Both the position numbers and the translations under genes were made by a program. The notes under the pieces were generated by a model that had not been told where the DNA came from, ran no database searches, and saw only the letters and a program-made list of their open reading frames with translations. 64,000 nucleotides of DNA from Tolumonas sp. (GTDB taxonomy: Bacteria > Pseudomonadota > Gammaproteobacteria > Enterobacterales > Aeromonadaceae). Positions 45,384 to 54,682 of the stretch are shown here, piece by piece (position 1 is the stretch's first letter; every line of letters starts with the position of its first letter). The stretch is taken from assembly GCA_029265125.1 (NCBI GenBank), contig JAJUJX010000015.1, forward strand, positions 748 to 64,747, read 5' to 3'.

Positions 45384-46151
45384 ATGTTTGAGATGAAAAA
45401 TGTAGTGTTTGATGTCGAGAGCCGACGGTTACTACAGCCAACTAATCTTCGTTTTGAGCCGGGGCAGATCCACGGGTTGATTGGGCACAATGGTTCGGGC
45501 AAATCAACACTGCTCAAACTTCTGGCTCAGCAGCATATGCCGAGCGGGGGAGTCATTGAATTTGACGGTAAGCCGCTGTCTGCATGGCGCAACAAGTTAT
45601 TTGCCCGTCAGGTGGCTTATTTACCGCAGCATCTTCCCGCTGGTGATAATTTGACGGGGAGGGAGTTGATTGCGTTCGGGCGTTACCCCTGGCATGGATT
45701 ATTAGGGCGTCACACGGAGGAAGATACAGCGCAGATCACACGGGCGATCTCTCTGACGCAGACAGAATCACTGATCGATCGCATGGTTGATACGTTATCC
45801 GGTGGTGAAAAACAGCGGGTTTGGCTTGCAATGTTGATTGCTCAGGGCAGTCGGTTCCTGTTGCTGGATGAACCTCTAGCTGCACTTGATATTGCGCATC
45901 AGGCAGAGGTGTTGACTTTGATCAGGCAACTGAGTCGGGAACTGGGGCTGGGCATTATTATTGTTTTGCATGATATCAATATGGCCGCTCGTTATTGTGA
46001 CAAGGTGGTCGCACTGCACAGTGGCAAAATTCTGGTTCAAGGGACACCGGATGACATCATGCAGCCGGAACAACTGTCCTCTATTTATGGCATCCCGATG
46101 CATATCATGCAGAGTTCTAAGGTCTCGCATCCTGTTGCTGTGCTGGCGTGA
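45384..46151 (+). CDS. fhuC: Ferric hydroxamate ABC transporter ATP-binding protein
   Basis: It is colinear with E. coli FhuC (GLIGHNGSGKSTLLK.L..... FAR.VAYLPQ.LP ... GRYPWHG.LGR ... LSGGE.QR.W.AML.AQ.SR.LLLDEP..ALDIAHQ...L.L...LS ... VLHDINMAARYCD..VAL..G). Confidence 0.92.
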   Translation: MFEMKNVVFDVESRRLLQPTNLRFEPGQIHGLIGHNGSGKSTLLKLLAQQHMPSGGVIEFDGKPLSAWRNKLFARQVAYLPQHLPAGDNLTGRELIAFGRYPWHGLLGRHTEEDTAQITRAISLTQTESLIDRMVDTLSGGEKQRVWLAMLIAQGSRFLLLDEPLAALDIAHQAEVLTLIRQLSRELGLGIIIVLHDINMAARYCDKVVALHSGKILVQGTPDDIMQPEQLSSIYGIPMHIMQSSKVSHPVAVLA

Positions 46152-46157
46152 GGGCTT

Positions 46158-47081
46158 ATGCAGGTATTCCGTTCATTTTGTATTTTATTTTGTTATGCAT
46201 GTTCACTGCTGTTCTCTGTTCCTGTTTTTTCAAATGATGTCAGCTCGCAAGCATTCCCCAGATTGGTGACGGTTGACTGGACTGTTGCTGAAACGCTGAT
46301 TGCCCTGGGGGCTCCACCGGTTGGTATGGCACAAACAGACTCTTACCGTACCTGGGTTCAGGAGCCGGCTTTGCCGGCGAATTTGGTTGATATTGGCCTG
46401 CGTTCGCAACCAAACCGGGAGCTCTTAATGCAGCTAAAACCGGATCGTATTCTGATCTCGCCGATGTTCTCGATGCTGGAGCCGATGTTGTCTAAGATTG
46501 CTCCCGTCAGTTCTATCGCTATGTATCATCCTGGCAGTGATGTCTGGGCTGATCTGTATAAAACGACAAGATCGATAGCCAAAGTGACAGGAAAACAGGA
46601 AAAAGGAGAACAACTGCTAACCGGCTTAGAAACTTATTTGTCTTCGCTTTCTCATTGTCTGAAGTCAGAAAAAAAGCCGTTTATTGTGGTGCAGTTTATT
46701 GATGATCGGCATGTCAGGGTTTATGGCAAGCAAAGTCTGTTTGATGCAGTGATGCAGAAAATGGGACTCAGAAATGCGTGGCTGGGTGAAACGAATTACT
46801 GGGGTTTTTCGACCATTGGAATCGAGAAGTTAGCCGCTTACCGGAACATCCGCCTGATTATTGTCGAGCCAGTGCCTGTGGGTGTGCCCGAGAAATTAGC
46901 ACATAGCCGGATCTGGTCAGCACTGCCGGTTATTCAGCAACGTGATTATCTCTATTTACCACCAGTATGGAGCTTCGGAGGGATTGCGTCGGCCCATCGT
47001 TTTGCTACTGAATTATCGAAAGCACTAAATCAAAGTACCTCATCCGATTGTCCAGGAGTAGCAAATGCGCTTGCTTACTAA
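46158..47081 (+). CDS. fhuD: Ferric hydroxamate periplasmic binding protein
   Basis: The 307-aa product has a signal peptide and cluster-8 SBP features (VTVDWTVAETLIALG..PVG). It sits between fhuC and fhuB. Confidence 0.8.
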   Translation: MQVFRSFCILFCYACSLLFSVPVFSNDVSSQAFPRLVTVDWTVAETLIALGAPPVGMAQTDSYRTWVQEPALPANLVDIGLRSQPNRELLMQLKPDRILISPMFSMLEPMLSKIAPVSSIAMYHPGSDVWADLYKTTRSIAKVTGKQEKGEQLLTGLETYLSSLSHCLKSEKKPFIVVQFIDDRHVRVYGKQSLFDAVMQKMGLRNAWLGETNYWGFSTIGIEKLAAYRNIRLIIVEPVPVGVPEKLAHSRIWSALPVIQQRDYLYLPPVWSFGGIASAHRFATELSKALNQSTSSDCPGVANALAY

Positions 47082-49074
47082 GCATTGCCTGCCAGGAAAA
47101 GAATCAGTACCTGTCAGATATCTTTGTGTTTTTCTTTTTATGCTGGGGGCGGCGTTAACCAGCTACTCATTTAAGCAGCAGTTTGCTTTCCAGACACTTT
47201 CTTCGTCAGTTGTTAATACTGATTCTTACGACATCTATCAGATTATTTTTTATTACAGTTGGTTGCCGAGAATTGTATTGGCGATCATCTGTGGTGCAGC
47301 TCTGAGTCTGGCAGGATTGCTGATGCAGCAAGTATTACGAAATCCTCTGGTATCGCCAGCTACACTGGGGGTTGCTACCGGCTCCCAGCTGGCGTTGTTC
47401 CTGACAACATTGTTTGCACCTGAATGGCTATCTATCGGAAGTGACTGGATTGCCATGCTGGGTGGATCTTGTGCTGTTTTGATGGTTTTCATGCTCAGTT
47501 GGAAAAGGGGACTGGCACCGCTGATAGTGGTATTAGCTGGGTTGGTCGTAAACCTTTATTTCTCGTCAATCAACTCAGCATTGCTGCTGTTCTATCAGGA
47601 AGAGCTAAAAGGGTTGATGGTCTGGGGAGCCGGTTCTTTAGATCAGAATAGCTGGACAGGTGTATCTTATTTACTACCTCGGTTAGGGTTGGTGCTGGCT
47701 ATTACCGTTTTATTATTGCGCCCTTTATCTGTTTTAGATTTGGATGAGCGCAGCGCTAAAAGTCTGGGTGCGGCACTGCATCATTTACGATTTATTGGCT
47801 TAGCTCTGGCGATTTTTCTGACCGGATGTGTCGTGAGTGTTGCAGGTGTCATTAGTTTTGTCGGTCTGGTTGCTCCGGCGCTGGCAAAGTTGCTAGGAGC
47901 CAGAACACTAAAACATAGGATGATTTGGTCTCCGCTGTTAGGTGCATTACTGTTGTTGTGTACCGATCTGTTTGTTCAGTTGATCTCTGATCAACTACCA
48001 TCGCTGGTTCCAACCGGAGCAACCACTGCATTGCTGGGGGCGCCACTATTGTTATGGCTGATCCCTCGGCTGGAAATGGGGTGGCAATTCCCCGCTGATA
48101 AACCCGCAGCACTACCTATCAGTCGAGCCGGGAGACCTCTGGCTCTGTTATCAGCTCTGTTTTTACTGTTGCTGGTGTTGAGTGTATTAGCGCTGGTGGC
48201 AGGACAAGGTGCAACTGGCTGGGAATGGCCATCTGCATCGTTGATTAACACCGCTTATGAATGGCGCTTGCCGAGAATACTCGCGGCAATATCAGCCGGG
48301 GTTTTGCTGGCACTGGCCGGAAGTATCATTCAACGATTAACCGGGAATCCCATGGCCAGCCCTGAGTTGCTGGGGATCAGTAGTGGTTCGGCTATGGGGT
48401 TGATAGCCACGCTATGGCTGTTCCCGATGGCGTCATTGTTCATGCTCTGTGTGGCCGGAATTTGCAGTGCACTGTTGGTGCTGGCGCTGATCGTCATGCT
48501 GAATCAGGGGAATGGATTTAGATCTGACCGGTTATTACTGACGGGGATGGCAGTTACAGCTCTGTTTGAGCCGGTTAGCAGCATTCTGCTGGCTAATAAT
48601 GATCCGAGAGGGCAGCAGATGCTGGCCTGGATCTCAGGTTCAACCTATTACATGGACTATACGCTGGCGATAGTTGCCGGCAGCCTGGCTATGATGATGC
48701 TGTTTGTCAGTCGTCTGTTTATTCGCTGGCTTGAGATCTTTCCGCTGGGGGATGTCACAGCTTTATCACTGGGGGTTGGAACCAGGCGGGCGCGTCTGAT
48801 CTTATTGGTTTTTGTGGCGTTATTGACGGTGGTATCTACGCTGATCGTCGGACCACTGTCATTCGTCGGCTTGCTGGCACCACATATGGCCCGCATGCTG
48901 GGGTTTGCGCGTGCCGGTCATCAGATGCTGGCTGCATCGTTACTTGGTGGTGGCTTGATGGTGCTGGCTGATTGGGTAGGGCGACAGATCCTGTTTCCTC
49001 AGGAAATTCCTGCAGGGCTGGTGGCTTCATTGATCGGTGGAACTTACTTTATGTGGATGCTGCGCAAAGCATAA
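47065..49074 (+). CDS. fhuB: Ferric hydroxamate ABC permease (duplicated FecCD-type domains)
   Basis: The 669-aa product is colinear with E. coli FhuB (QQVLRNPL..P.TLGVATG.QL ... IIQRLTGNPMASPE.LGISSG.A ... GPLSFVGL.APH.ARM.GF). Confidence 0.92.
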   Translation: MRLLTKHCLPGKESVPVRYLCVFLFMLGAALTSYSFKQQFAFQTLSSSVVNTDSYDIYQIIFYYSWLPRIVLAIICGAALSLAGLLMQQVLRNPLVSPATLGVATGSQLALFLTTLFAPEWLSIGSDWIAMLGGSCAVLMVFMLSWKRGLAPLIVVLAGLVVNLYFSSINSALLLFYQEELKGLMVWGAGSLDQNSWTGVSYLLPRLGLVLAITVLLLRPLSVLDLDERSAKSLGAALHHLRFIGLALAIFLTGCVVSVAGVISFVGLVAPALAKLLGARTLKHRMIWSPLLGALLLLCTDLFVQLISDQLPSLVPTGATTALLGAPLLLWLIPRLEMGWQFPADKPAALPISRAGRPLALLSALFLLLLVLSVLALVAGQGATGWEWPSASLINTAYEWRLPRILAAISAGVLLALAGSIIQRLTGNPMASPELLGISSGSAMGLIATLWLFPMASLFMLCVAGICSALLVLALIVMLNQGNGFRSDRLLLTGMAVTALFEPVSSILLANNDPRGQQMLAWISGSTYYMDYTLAIVAGSLAMMMLFVSRLFIRWLEIFPLGDVTALSLGVGTRRARLILLVFVALLTVVSTLIVGPLSFVGLLAPHMARMLGFARAGHQMLAASLLGGGLMVLADWVGRQILFPQEIPAGLVASLIGGTYFMWMLRKA

Positions 49075-49078
49075 AAGA

Positions 49079-49098
49079 AAGGCGCCATGAGGCGCCTT
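49079..49098. terminator. Bidirectional terminator between fhuB and the TonB-dependent receptor gene
   Basis: AAGGCGCCatgaGGCGCCTT. On the minus strand it is followed by TCTTTTAT. Confidence 0.8.
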
Positions 49099-49127
49099 GT
49101 TGATTAGACGTCAGTGGTTTCTGATTA

Positions 49128-51296
49128 TCAGAATGACCAGGATGCGGATAATTTCGCAGTCAGAGGATTCCCCTGTGTCAGATAGCCGCCGGTAGCTGAA
49201 GCCCAGTAATCTTCATTGGTTATGTTTTCCACATTGGCACGGACGGTCAGCGTGTTGTCATTGAATGGCTTGGTATAACGAACGCCCAGATCTAAGCGTG
49301 TCCATGGTGACAGTTCCAGTGTATTAGCCGCATCGGCATATTGTGAACCGGTACGTACCACATTGGCTAATGCAGTCCACCCCTGAACACCAGGAATATC
49401 CCACTCACCACCCACAACGTAACGCGAACCTGCTACACCGACAGCCTGATTGCCTTCATTCAGACCATCATTGGTTTCGGTGAGTTCAGCATCGATCCAC
49501 GTTGCACTGCTCAGCAGACGAACGGTTTCAACAGGCGTACCAAACAGACTCAGTTCAAGACCCCGGTTACGCTGTTCACCGTAGTAACCGTACTGATTGG
49601 TGGCTGAATCGGTATAAGCATTAGGTTGTTCGATCTCAAAGAGGCTGATGCCACCACCAATCCGTTTGTTATCATACTTGGCACCGATTTCGTTCTGTTT
49701 TGAGCGTTTAATGCCAATCATATTCCCGGCATTCGTTGCCGTGCTTGGCGCAGCTTCACCTGGCTGCAGAGCTTCAATGTGGTTGGCATACAATGACACA
49801 TGCTCTAGTGGTTTATAGACGATGCCATAAACCGGAGACCAGCTATTCTCAGCGAACATGTCACTAAACTCACCGGTGTATGTGTAGTTATACACATCAA
49901 TTTGCTGGTAACGTGCACCCAGTGTCAGCAGGATTGTGTCCTCGTTAAACCCAAGAGTATCTGACAGTGCCAAGCCGTTAGCTCGGGTTCGGGAGCGAAC
50001 ACTAGGGGCATCCATATCTCCGCCACTCCACTGTGTTGCCTGATAGTTCAGATCGGCGGGGGAGTAGATGTTGGTACTTTGACTGTAGGAATCCATTTCA
50101 TAAGCTGAGCCGGTTTTGCGGAAGAAACCGGAATAGCCCAGATTGATCTGGTGTGATACGTTCTGAGTCATCAGGTTACCTCGGACGCCTGCTTGTCCCG
50201 CGACACTCTGAGCCCAGTAAGGTACTTCCATTCGGCCAATAGTGGCGTTGCCTGCACTGTCAATCACAGTCGGTGAGCTGTATTGACCATGCTCTTCGGT
50301 ATCGTTAGCGCCAATACCTGCATAGGCAGTCCAGTTATTGGTCACATCATATTCGTGGCGCAGCATACCGAATGTTGTTTTCAGATCAGTGCTTGCCCAG
50401 TATGGTGCGTAATTCGTATCAGAATCCGGGGAATCCGGAATTTCGGTCAGTGCTGATCCCAGATAAACGACGGAGCGACCGCCATCGACTTTACTTTGTT
50501 GATGACCTGCATCCAGTTCGGTGCGTGAACGTTCGCCTCGATGATCCAACGCGACAAAGAAAGAATTATTCTGTCTGGATTCATCATCGATGGCCGTATT
50601 GCCATCACCATGCTTAACATTTACCCGGAGACCAAACTGATTATTGGCTCCGAAACGGGTTCCTGTATCAACACCTTCTGTCATATAGCCGCCGGATGAG
50701 ATATCCGTCGAGAGGGTTGTTCTCTGTTTTTCATTGGCTTTTTTCGGCTCAATATTGATTGCACCACCCACACCACTGCCTGACGGTGATACGCCGTTAG
50801 CAAAGGCACTGGAGCCTTTGAACAACTCAACACGCTCGGCAATATCAGTCAGTACGATTTGTCGTGGCAGCACACCATACAATCCGCCGAAAGAGACATC
50901 TTCTCCATTCAGCTCAAAGCCACGGATCATGTATTTTTCAGCATAATTACCATAGCCAAAACTGCTCTGTACGGAGGCGTCATTATTGAGTACATCAGCA
51001 ATCGTTTCGGCCTGCTGGTTTTCAATCAGTTCTGACGTATAGCTGACAACGCTGAATGGTACATCGTTTGCGTTTTTCTCGCCTAACACACCAATACGGC
51101 CAGCTGTCGCGACTTGTCCACCGGCATAAGCATTTTCCAGCGTATCACCACCAGATATAGCTGCATCGCTGACAGTGACAGTATCCAGTGTTTTGATATC
51201 GTTTGTATCGGCCTGAACCTGCATTGAAGACAACGTGGTGCAACTCAGTATTGCAATAGTAAGGGGATTAATGCGCAAACGGGTTATCGGGGGCAT
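49128..51296 (-). CDS. TonB-dependent siderophore receptor
   Basis: The 722-aa product has a signal peptide, a plug domain (DTVTV...VPFSVVSYTSELIENQQAETIADVL), a beta-barrel and a C-terminal aromatic residue (...SASWSF). A Fur box lies upstream. Confidence 0.9.
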   Translation of the reverse strand: MPPITRLRINPLTIAILSCTTLSSMQVQADTNDIKTLDTVTVSDAAISGGDTLENAYAGGQVATAGRIGVLGEKNANDVPFSVVSYTSELIENQQAETIADVLNNDASVQSSFGYGNYAEKYMIRGFELNGEDVSFGGLYGVLPRQIVLTDIAERVELFKGSSAFANGVSPSGSGVGGAINIEPKKANEKQRTTLSTDISSGGYMTEGVDTGTRFGANNQFGLRVNVKHGDGNTAIDDESRQNNSFFVALDHRGERSRTELDAGHQQSKVDGGRSVVYLGSALTEIPDSPDSDTNYAPYWASTDLKTTFGMLRHEYDVTNNWTAYAGIGANDTEEHGQYSSPTVIDSAGNATIGRMEVPYWAQSVAGQAGVRGNLMTQNVSHQINLGYSGFFRKTGSAYEMDSYSQSTNIYSPADLNYQATQWSGGDMDAPSVRSRTRANGLALSDTLGFNEDTILLTLGARYQQIDVYNYTYTGEFSDMFAENSWSPVYGIVYKPLEHVSLYANHIEALQPGEAAPSTATNAGNMIGIKRSKQNEIGAKYDNKRIGGGISLFEIEQPNAYTDSATNQYGYYGEQRNRGLELSLFGTPVETVRLLSSATWIDAELTETNDGLNEGNQAVGVAGSRYVVGGEWDIPGVQGWTALANVVRTGSQYADAANTLELSPWTRLDLGVRYTKPFNDNTLTVRANVENITNEDYWASATGGYLTQGNPLTAKLSASWSF

Positions 51297-51330
51297 TACA
51301 GGGACCTCAATCAGATAAGTAAAATGTCAT

Positions 51331-51361
51331 AATATTGATAATTATTCGCATTATCAATATT
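51331..51361 (-). promoter_or_regulatory. Fur box (perfect 12-bp inverted repeat) upstream of the TonB-dependent receptor
   Basis: AATATTGATAATtattcgcATTATCAATATT. The core GATAATTATTCGCATTATC matches 15/19 positions of the Fur consensus. Confidence 0.75.
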
Positions 51362-51399
51362 CGGGGTTGAGATCCTGCAATATGATTATCGACGGATAT

Positions 51400-53055
51400 T
51401 TAACTGAGTCTTGAAACGGCATCCCGACTGGCTGATACCCGTTCTTCCCCCGATAATTCAGACAATTTTCCTTGCCGCATTTCGAGTAATCGGTCTGCTT
51501 TTTCAAAATAATGATCGTCATGGCTGATAGCCAATACGGTCTTACCCATTTCCCGTAAATAAGTCAGTAATTGGTGATAGAAAATACGTCTGAACTGCGG
51601 ATCCTGATCTGCTGCCCACTCATCCAGCAAAATGAAATCACGTTCTTCAGCAATAGCGAGTAACAGAGCCAGACGCTTTTTCTGCCCTTGAGATAGCTGA
51701 AGATTATTTATTGTCTGTCCATCCAGCAGGAGCTTATCTTTCATATTGAGATGATTTATCCATGTCTCGATTAAATCCGGATCAACATTTTTTCCATCTG
51801 CGCCGATTAAATGATCAAATAAATGGAAATCAGTAAATACAGAAGAAAATAGTTGCTGATATGCCTGCCGGTCAGATGCATCAATAATGACATCATCCAG
51901 CAAAATAGTGCCCGATGAAGGCGGATATAATCCGGATAGCAACATCGCAAAAGTAGATTTACCACTACCATTGCCACCAATCAGGAATAACTGTTCACCC
52001 TGGCGGATAGTGAGTGAGATAGGGCCAACATGAAATCCGGGCTGATTATCTGAAGCCGGATAATTGAAATAAATATTTCGCAATTCAATGGTCTGCCAAT
52101 TTGTCTGCGGTTTACCTATTTCAAAGCCAGATTTGTATTCTGTGAGAGCCAGCGATTTTAACTGTTTGAATGCTACCTGTGCGCTGAGTAAAGTGGGTAA
52201 AGCTCCAACGGCTTGTAAGAGAGGAGTGCGTAAAAACAGCAGTGTTAATGAAAAAGTTGCTGCAATATTACTATTAGCCCAGCCTGAATGGTTCGCCAGA
52301 AAGAAAACCAGGCCTATTGCGGCCAGCATCATGATATTTGACCAGTTTACAGCACTGAGATGAAACGTATCGGCAAGAATAATATGACGCCGGTAAGATT
52401 CTGCATTTTTCTGATAATTCTGTTCGTATATCACTTTCGCCCTGAATCGATTGAGAGCCAGTTCTTTCTTTCCATCAATAATGGTCTGATAATTTTTATA
52501 AAGTTTGTCCTCTGCCTGTCGGACATGATTCAGATGGCGATAAACATGGGATACCAAAAACCAGCTGACTAGAATGGTTATTGCTACAGAAAATGCTGTT
52601 ATGGCTAATAATTTAGGAGAAAGCCAGAGCAGGTAAACGGTAGCACTTGCGGTTAAAATCAAACCCTGAATAAGCTCGGGCAAACGGACAAACGCAATCG
52701 TGATATTTTTTATATCACTGGAAAGACTGGCCTGTAATTTGGCGCTGCCAAGATGTTCAAGGCGGAGGATTTCAGTATCTAAAATTTGCTTTATCAACTT
52801 ACTACGTAATTGATAAACAAAATGATGTCCTAGGATGGTTGTTGCGAGTTGCGATGCTAATGTAAACACAAGCAAGAGAACGATCAACCCGAGAAAAAGT
52901 GGTAATACCTGTATGGAATGGCTGATTTGTTCAATTAAATACTGATTAATAAAGGCGATGATACCGATACCGAGTGCTGCGCTAGCCAGGCTTAGCAGCA
53001 TAACCCCCAGAAAAGGTAAGCGATAGTGACGATAAACAACGTGAATGAGATCCAT
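51400..53055 (-). CDS. yojI: YojI-type (cyclic-peptide/microcin J25 exporter family) ABC transporter, fused permease/ATPase
   Basis: It is near-colinear with E. coli YojI over the full length ([20 protein letters not shown] ... LGHHFVY.LRS..IK.ILDT ... [17 protein letters not shown] ... [23 protein letters not shown] ... [26 protein letters not shown] ... [18 protein letters not shown] ... [16 protein letters not shown] ... [25 protein letters not shown]). The start is set at the ATG at 53055 by alignment. Confidence 0.88.
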   Translation of the reverse strand: MDLIHVVYRHYRLPFLGVMLLSLASAALGIGIIAFINQYLIEQISHSIQVLPLFLGLIVLLLVFTLASQLATTILGHHFVYQLRSKLIKQILDTEILRLEHLGSAKLQASLSSDIKNITIAFVRLPELIQGLILTASATVYLLWLSPKLLAITAFSVAITILVSWFLVSHVYRHLNHVRQAEDKLYKNYQTIIDGKKELALNRFRAKVIYEQNYQKNAESYRRHIILADTFHLSAVNWSNIMMLAAIGLVFFLANHSGWANSNIAATFSLTLLFLRTPLLQAVGALPTLLSAQVAFKQLKSLALTEYKSGFEIGKPQTNWQTIELRNIYFNYPASDNQPGFHVGPISLTIRQGEQLFLIGGNGSGKSTFAMLLSGLYPPSSGTILLDDVIIDASDRQAYQQLFSSVFTDFHLFDHLIGADGKNVDPDLIETWINHLNMKDKLLLDGQTINNLQLSQGQKKRLALLLAIAEERDFILLDEWAADQDPQFRRIFYHQLLTYLREMGKTVLAISHDDHYFEKADRLLEMRQGKLSELSGEERVSASRDAVSRLS

Positions 53056-53072
53056 AATTAAAAACATTAATC

Positions 53073-53091
53073 GATAATAGTTATCATTATC
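53073..53091 (-). promoter_or_regulatory. Fur box immediately upstream of yojI
   Basis: GATAATAGTTATCATTATC matches 16/19 positions of GATAATGATAATCATTATC. Confidence 0.7.
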
Positions 53092-53501
53092 GCATCTGGT
53101 GCGTTCAGGTTCAACCCGTAAGTGGTGTACTTAAGTCAATGGCTTTATTTATGATTTATTTTCCCTGAACAGAGAGAACCTATTCATGCGATTGGGCCGA
53201 TTCTCAGGTGTTTATGGCTAACTGACTATTATTGTTCTTGGGAGTATCACGAATGCTCATCAATTATAACTTACTCAGTTTTTCAAAATCAGAATAACCG
53301 GGAATAGCAAAATTATTAAAAATAGAGGCGTAAAGCAGCCCGCAATGGAGCTGATAAACAACCTTACATAGGGAAACTAAAAAAAGCACATAAATAATAG
53401 CGGAAAAGCAATAATATATTTGTCATCTTAAAAAATAGAATATAGAATTATTTTGTGGCTGAAAAAGCCTCCCTATTAACAATAAATTTGAAGGCAGAAC
53501 C

Positions 53502-53900
53502 ATGTCAGATTTCCTGAGAACATTCCTGAATGCACGCAGCTTACGCGCAGTTACCCGTGAATTAACTTTTGAACAATTGAACGAAGGCTTTGAAAAGCTG
53601 AAAGCGATTGTTGAAGAACGTAGCCAGACAGAAGAAGCTTCACGTAAAGCACAAGAAGAACGTGCTCGTAAAATTGCTGAATATAAAGAACTGCTGAAAT
53701 CAGAAGGTATTGATCTGGCAGATCTGGTGTCTGATGTTGAAGTTAAAGAAAAATCAGGCAAACGCGCTCCGCGTCCAGCTAAATATAAATATACTGACGT
53801 AGATGGTTCAGAAAAAACCTGGACCGGTCAAGGCCGTACTCCAGTTGTAATCCGTGACGCGATTGCAAACGGTAAAACTCTGGAAGATTTTGCTATCTAA
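53502..53900 (+). CDS. hns: Nucleoid-associated protein H-NS
   Basis: The 132-aa product has an N-terminal coiled coil and the C-terminal motif RPAKYKYTD.DG..KTWTGQGRTP, as in E. coli H-NS. About 400 nt of AT-rich sequence lies upstream. Confidence 0.92.
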   Translation: MSDFLRTFLNARSLRAVTRELTFEQLNEGFEKLKAIVEERSQTEEASRKAQEERARKIAEYKELLKSEGIDLADLVSDVEVKEKSGKRAPRPAKYKYTDVDGSEKTWTGQGRTPVVIRDAIANGKTLEDFAI

Positions 53901-53922
53901 TTAGCCATATATTTCTTTCTGA

Positions 53923-53952
53923 AACCACAGCACTAGTGCTGTGGTTTTTTTA
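53923..53952 (+). terminator. hns terminator
   Basis: AAACCACAGCACtaGTGCTGTGGTTT followed by TTTT. Confidence 0.85.
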
Positions 53953-53965
53953 TATGAACAATATG

Positions 53966-54505
53966 TTAGTCATTTTTTATGACTGTAAGAGAAGGTCGCT
54001 TTTTAACTGGGGCTTCAGGCTCTTTCTCTAATTCTTCTTTATGAATCAGATACTGAAACGGTTGTGAGTCAACTAACTCCTTTCCATTCAGTCCATTCAG
54101 ACTGATCAATTGATCAGTACAAAATGAAATTCTTGTAACAACATTTTGTATGCGGCATTCAAAATTGATCATGTTGTCATTATGAATGAAATATTTCATG
54201 GCAGATGGCGTCAGTGATAAATTAACAAACCACAGATCTTCATCTTTATGAACATGAGGCACCAGTGGTGCCGGAACCCAAGCGCTGAGAGTTGCCTCTC
54301 CGTTCTGATCAAGACATGAAGCCAGTACGATAGCATGAATGCTTTTCACTTCATCATCCTGGCACATGTCATCATAAACGATATCAAAAATTGCTGAATT
54401 GATTCTGGCACACCGACGGATCTGGTGATCAATGTTTGGCATAACATCTGTTTCCCTGGCTATAGCAAGGTGCTCACTATAAAGGGCTATGTCTGATCTT
54501 TTCAA
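53966..54505 (-). CDS. Hypothetical protein with an SspB-like core and a ClpX-binding-type C-terminal tail (putative ClpXP adaptor paralogue)
   Basis: FVNLSLTPSAMKYFIHNDNMINFECRIQNVVTRISFCTDQLISL resembles the SspB segment VLNL/I....GNL.L.ND...FNARF.G..R...VP..A.LAIY. An acidic/Pro linker is followed by KKRPSLTVIKND, compare the E. coli SspB tail RPALRVVK. The start is uncertain (TTG at 54505 or an internal ATG). Confidence 0.45.
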   Translation of the reverse strand: MKRSDIALYSEHLAIARETDVMPNIDHQIRRCARINSAIFDIVYDDMCQDDEVKSIHAIVLASCLDQNGEATLSAWVPAPLVPHVHKDEDLWFVNLSLTPSAMKYFIHNDNMINFECRIQNVVTRISFCTDQLISLNGLNGKELVDSQPFQYLIHKEELEKEPEAPVKKRPSLTVIKND

Positions 54506-54682
54506 TCACCATCTATTTCATAACAACATGGTCATGGGATAAATAATGTGACGATTATTCCTACTATTAACCATTTAAATGGTAAGGACTAATTGATTAT
54601 ATGAATTTGTTCTATCAATAGAATGAATTTAGATATAGAAAACGCAAGTGCTACTCTGATTCACGCTAGAGGAGCGCACGTT

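Noticed and set aside
53096-53501. A Fur-regulated sRNA (RyhB-like) divergent from yojI in the 446-nt AT-rich region upstream of hns.
   Set aside because: I found no RyhB-like sequence and no terminator hairpin with a U-tract on either strand. The AT-rich, curved-looking DNA is typical of the hns promoter region itself.
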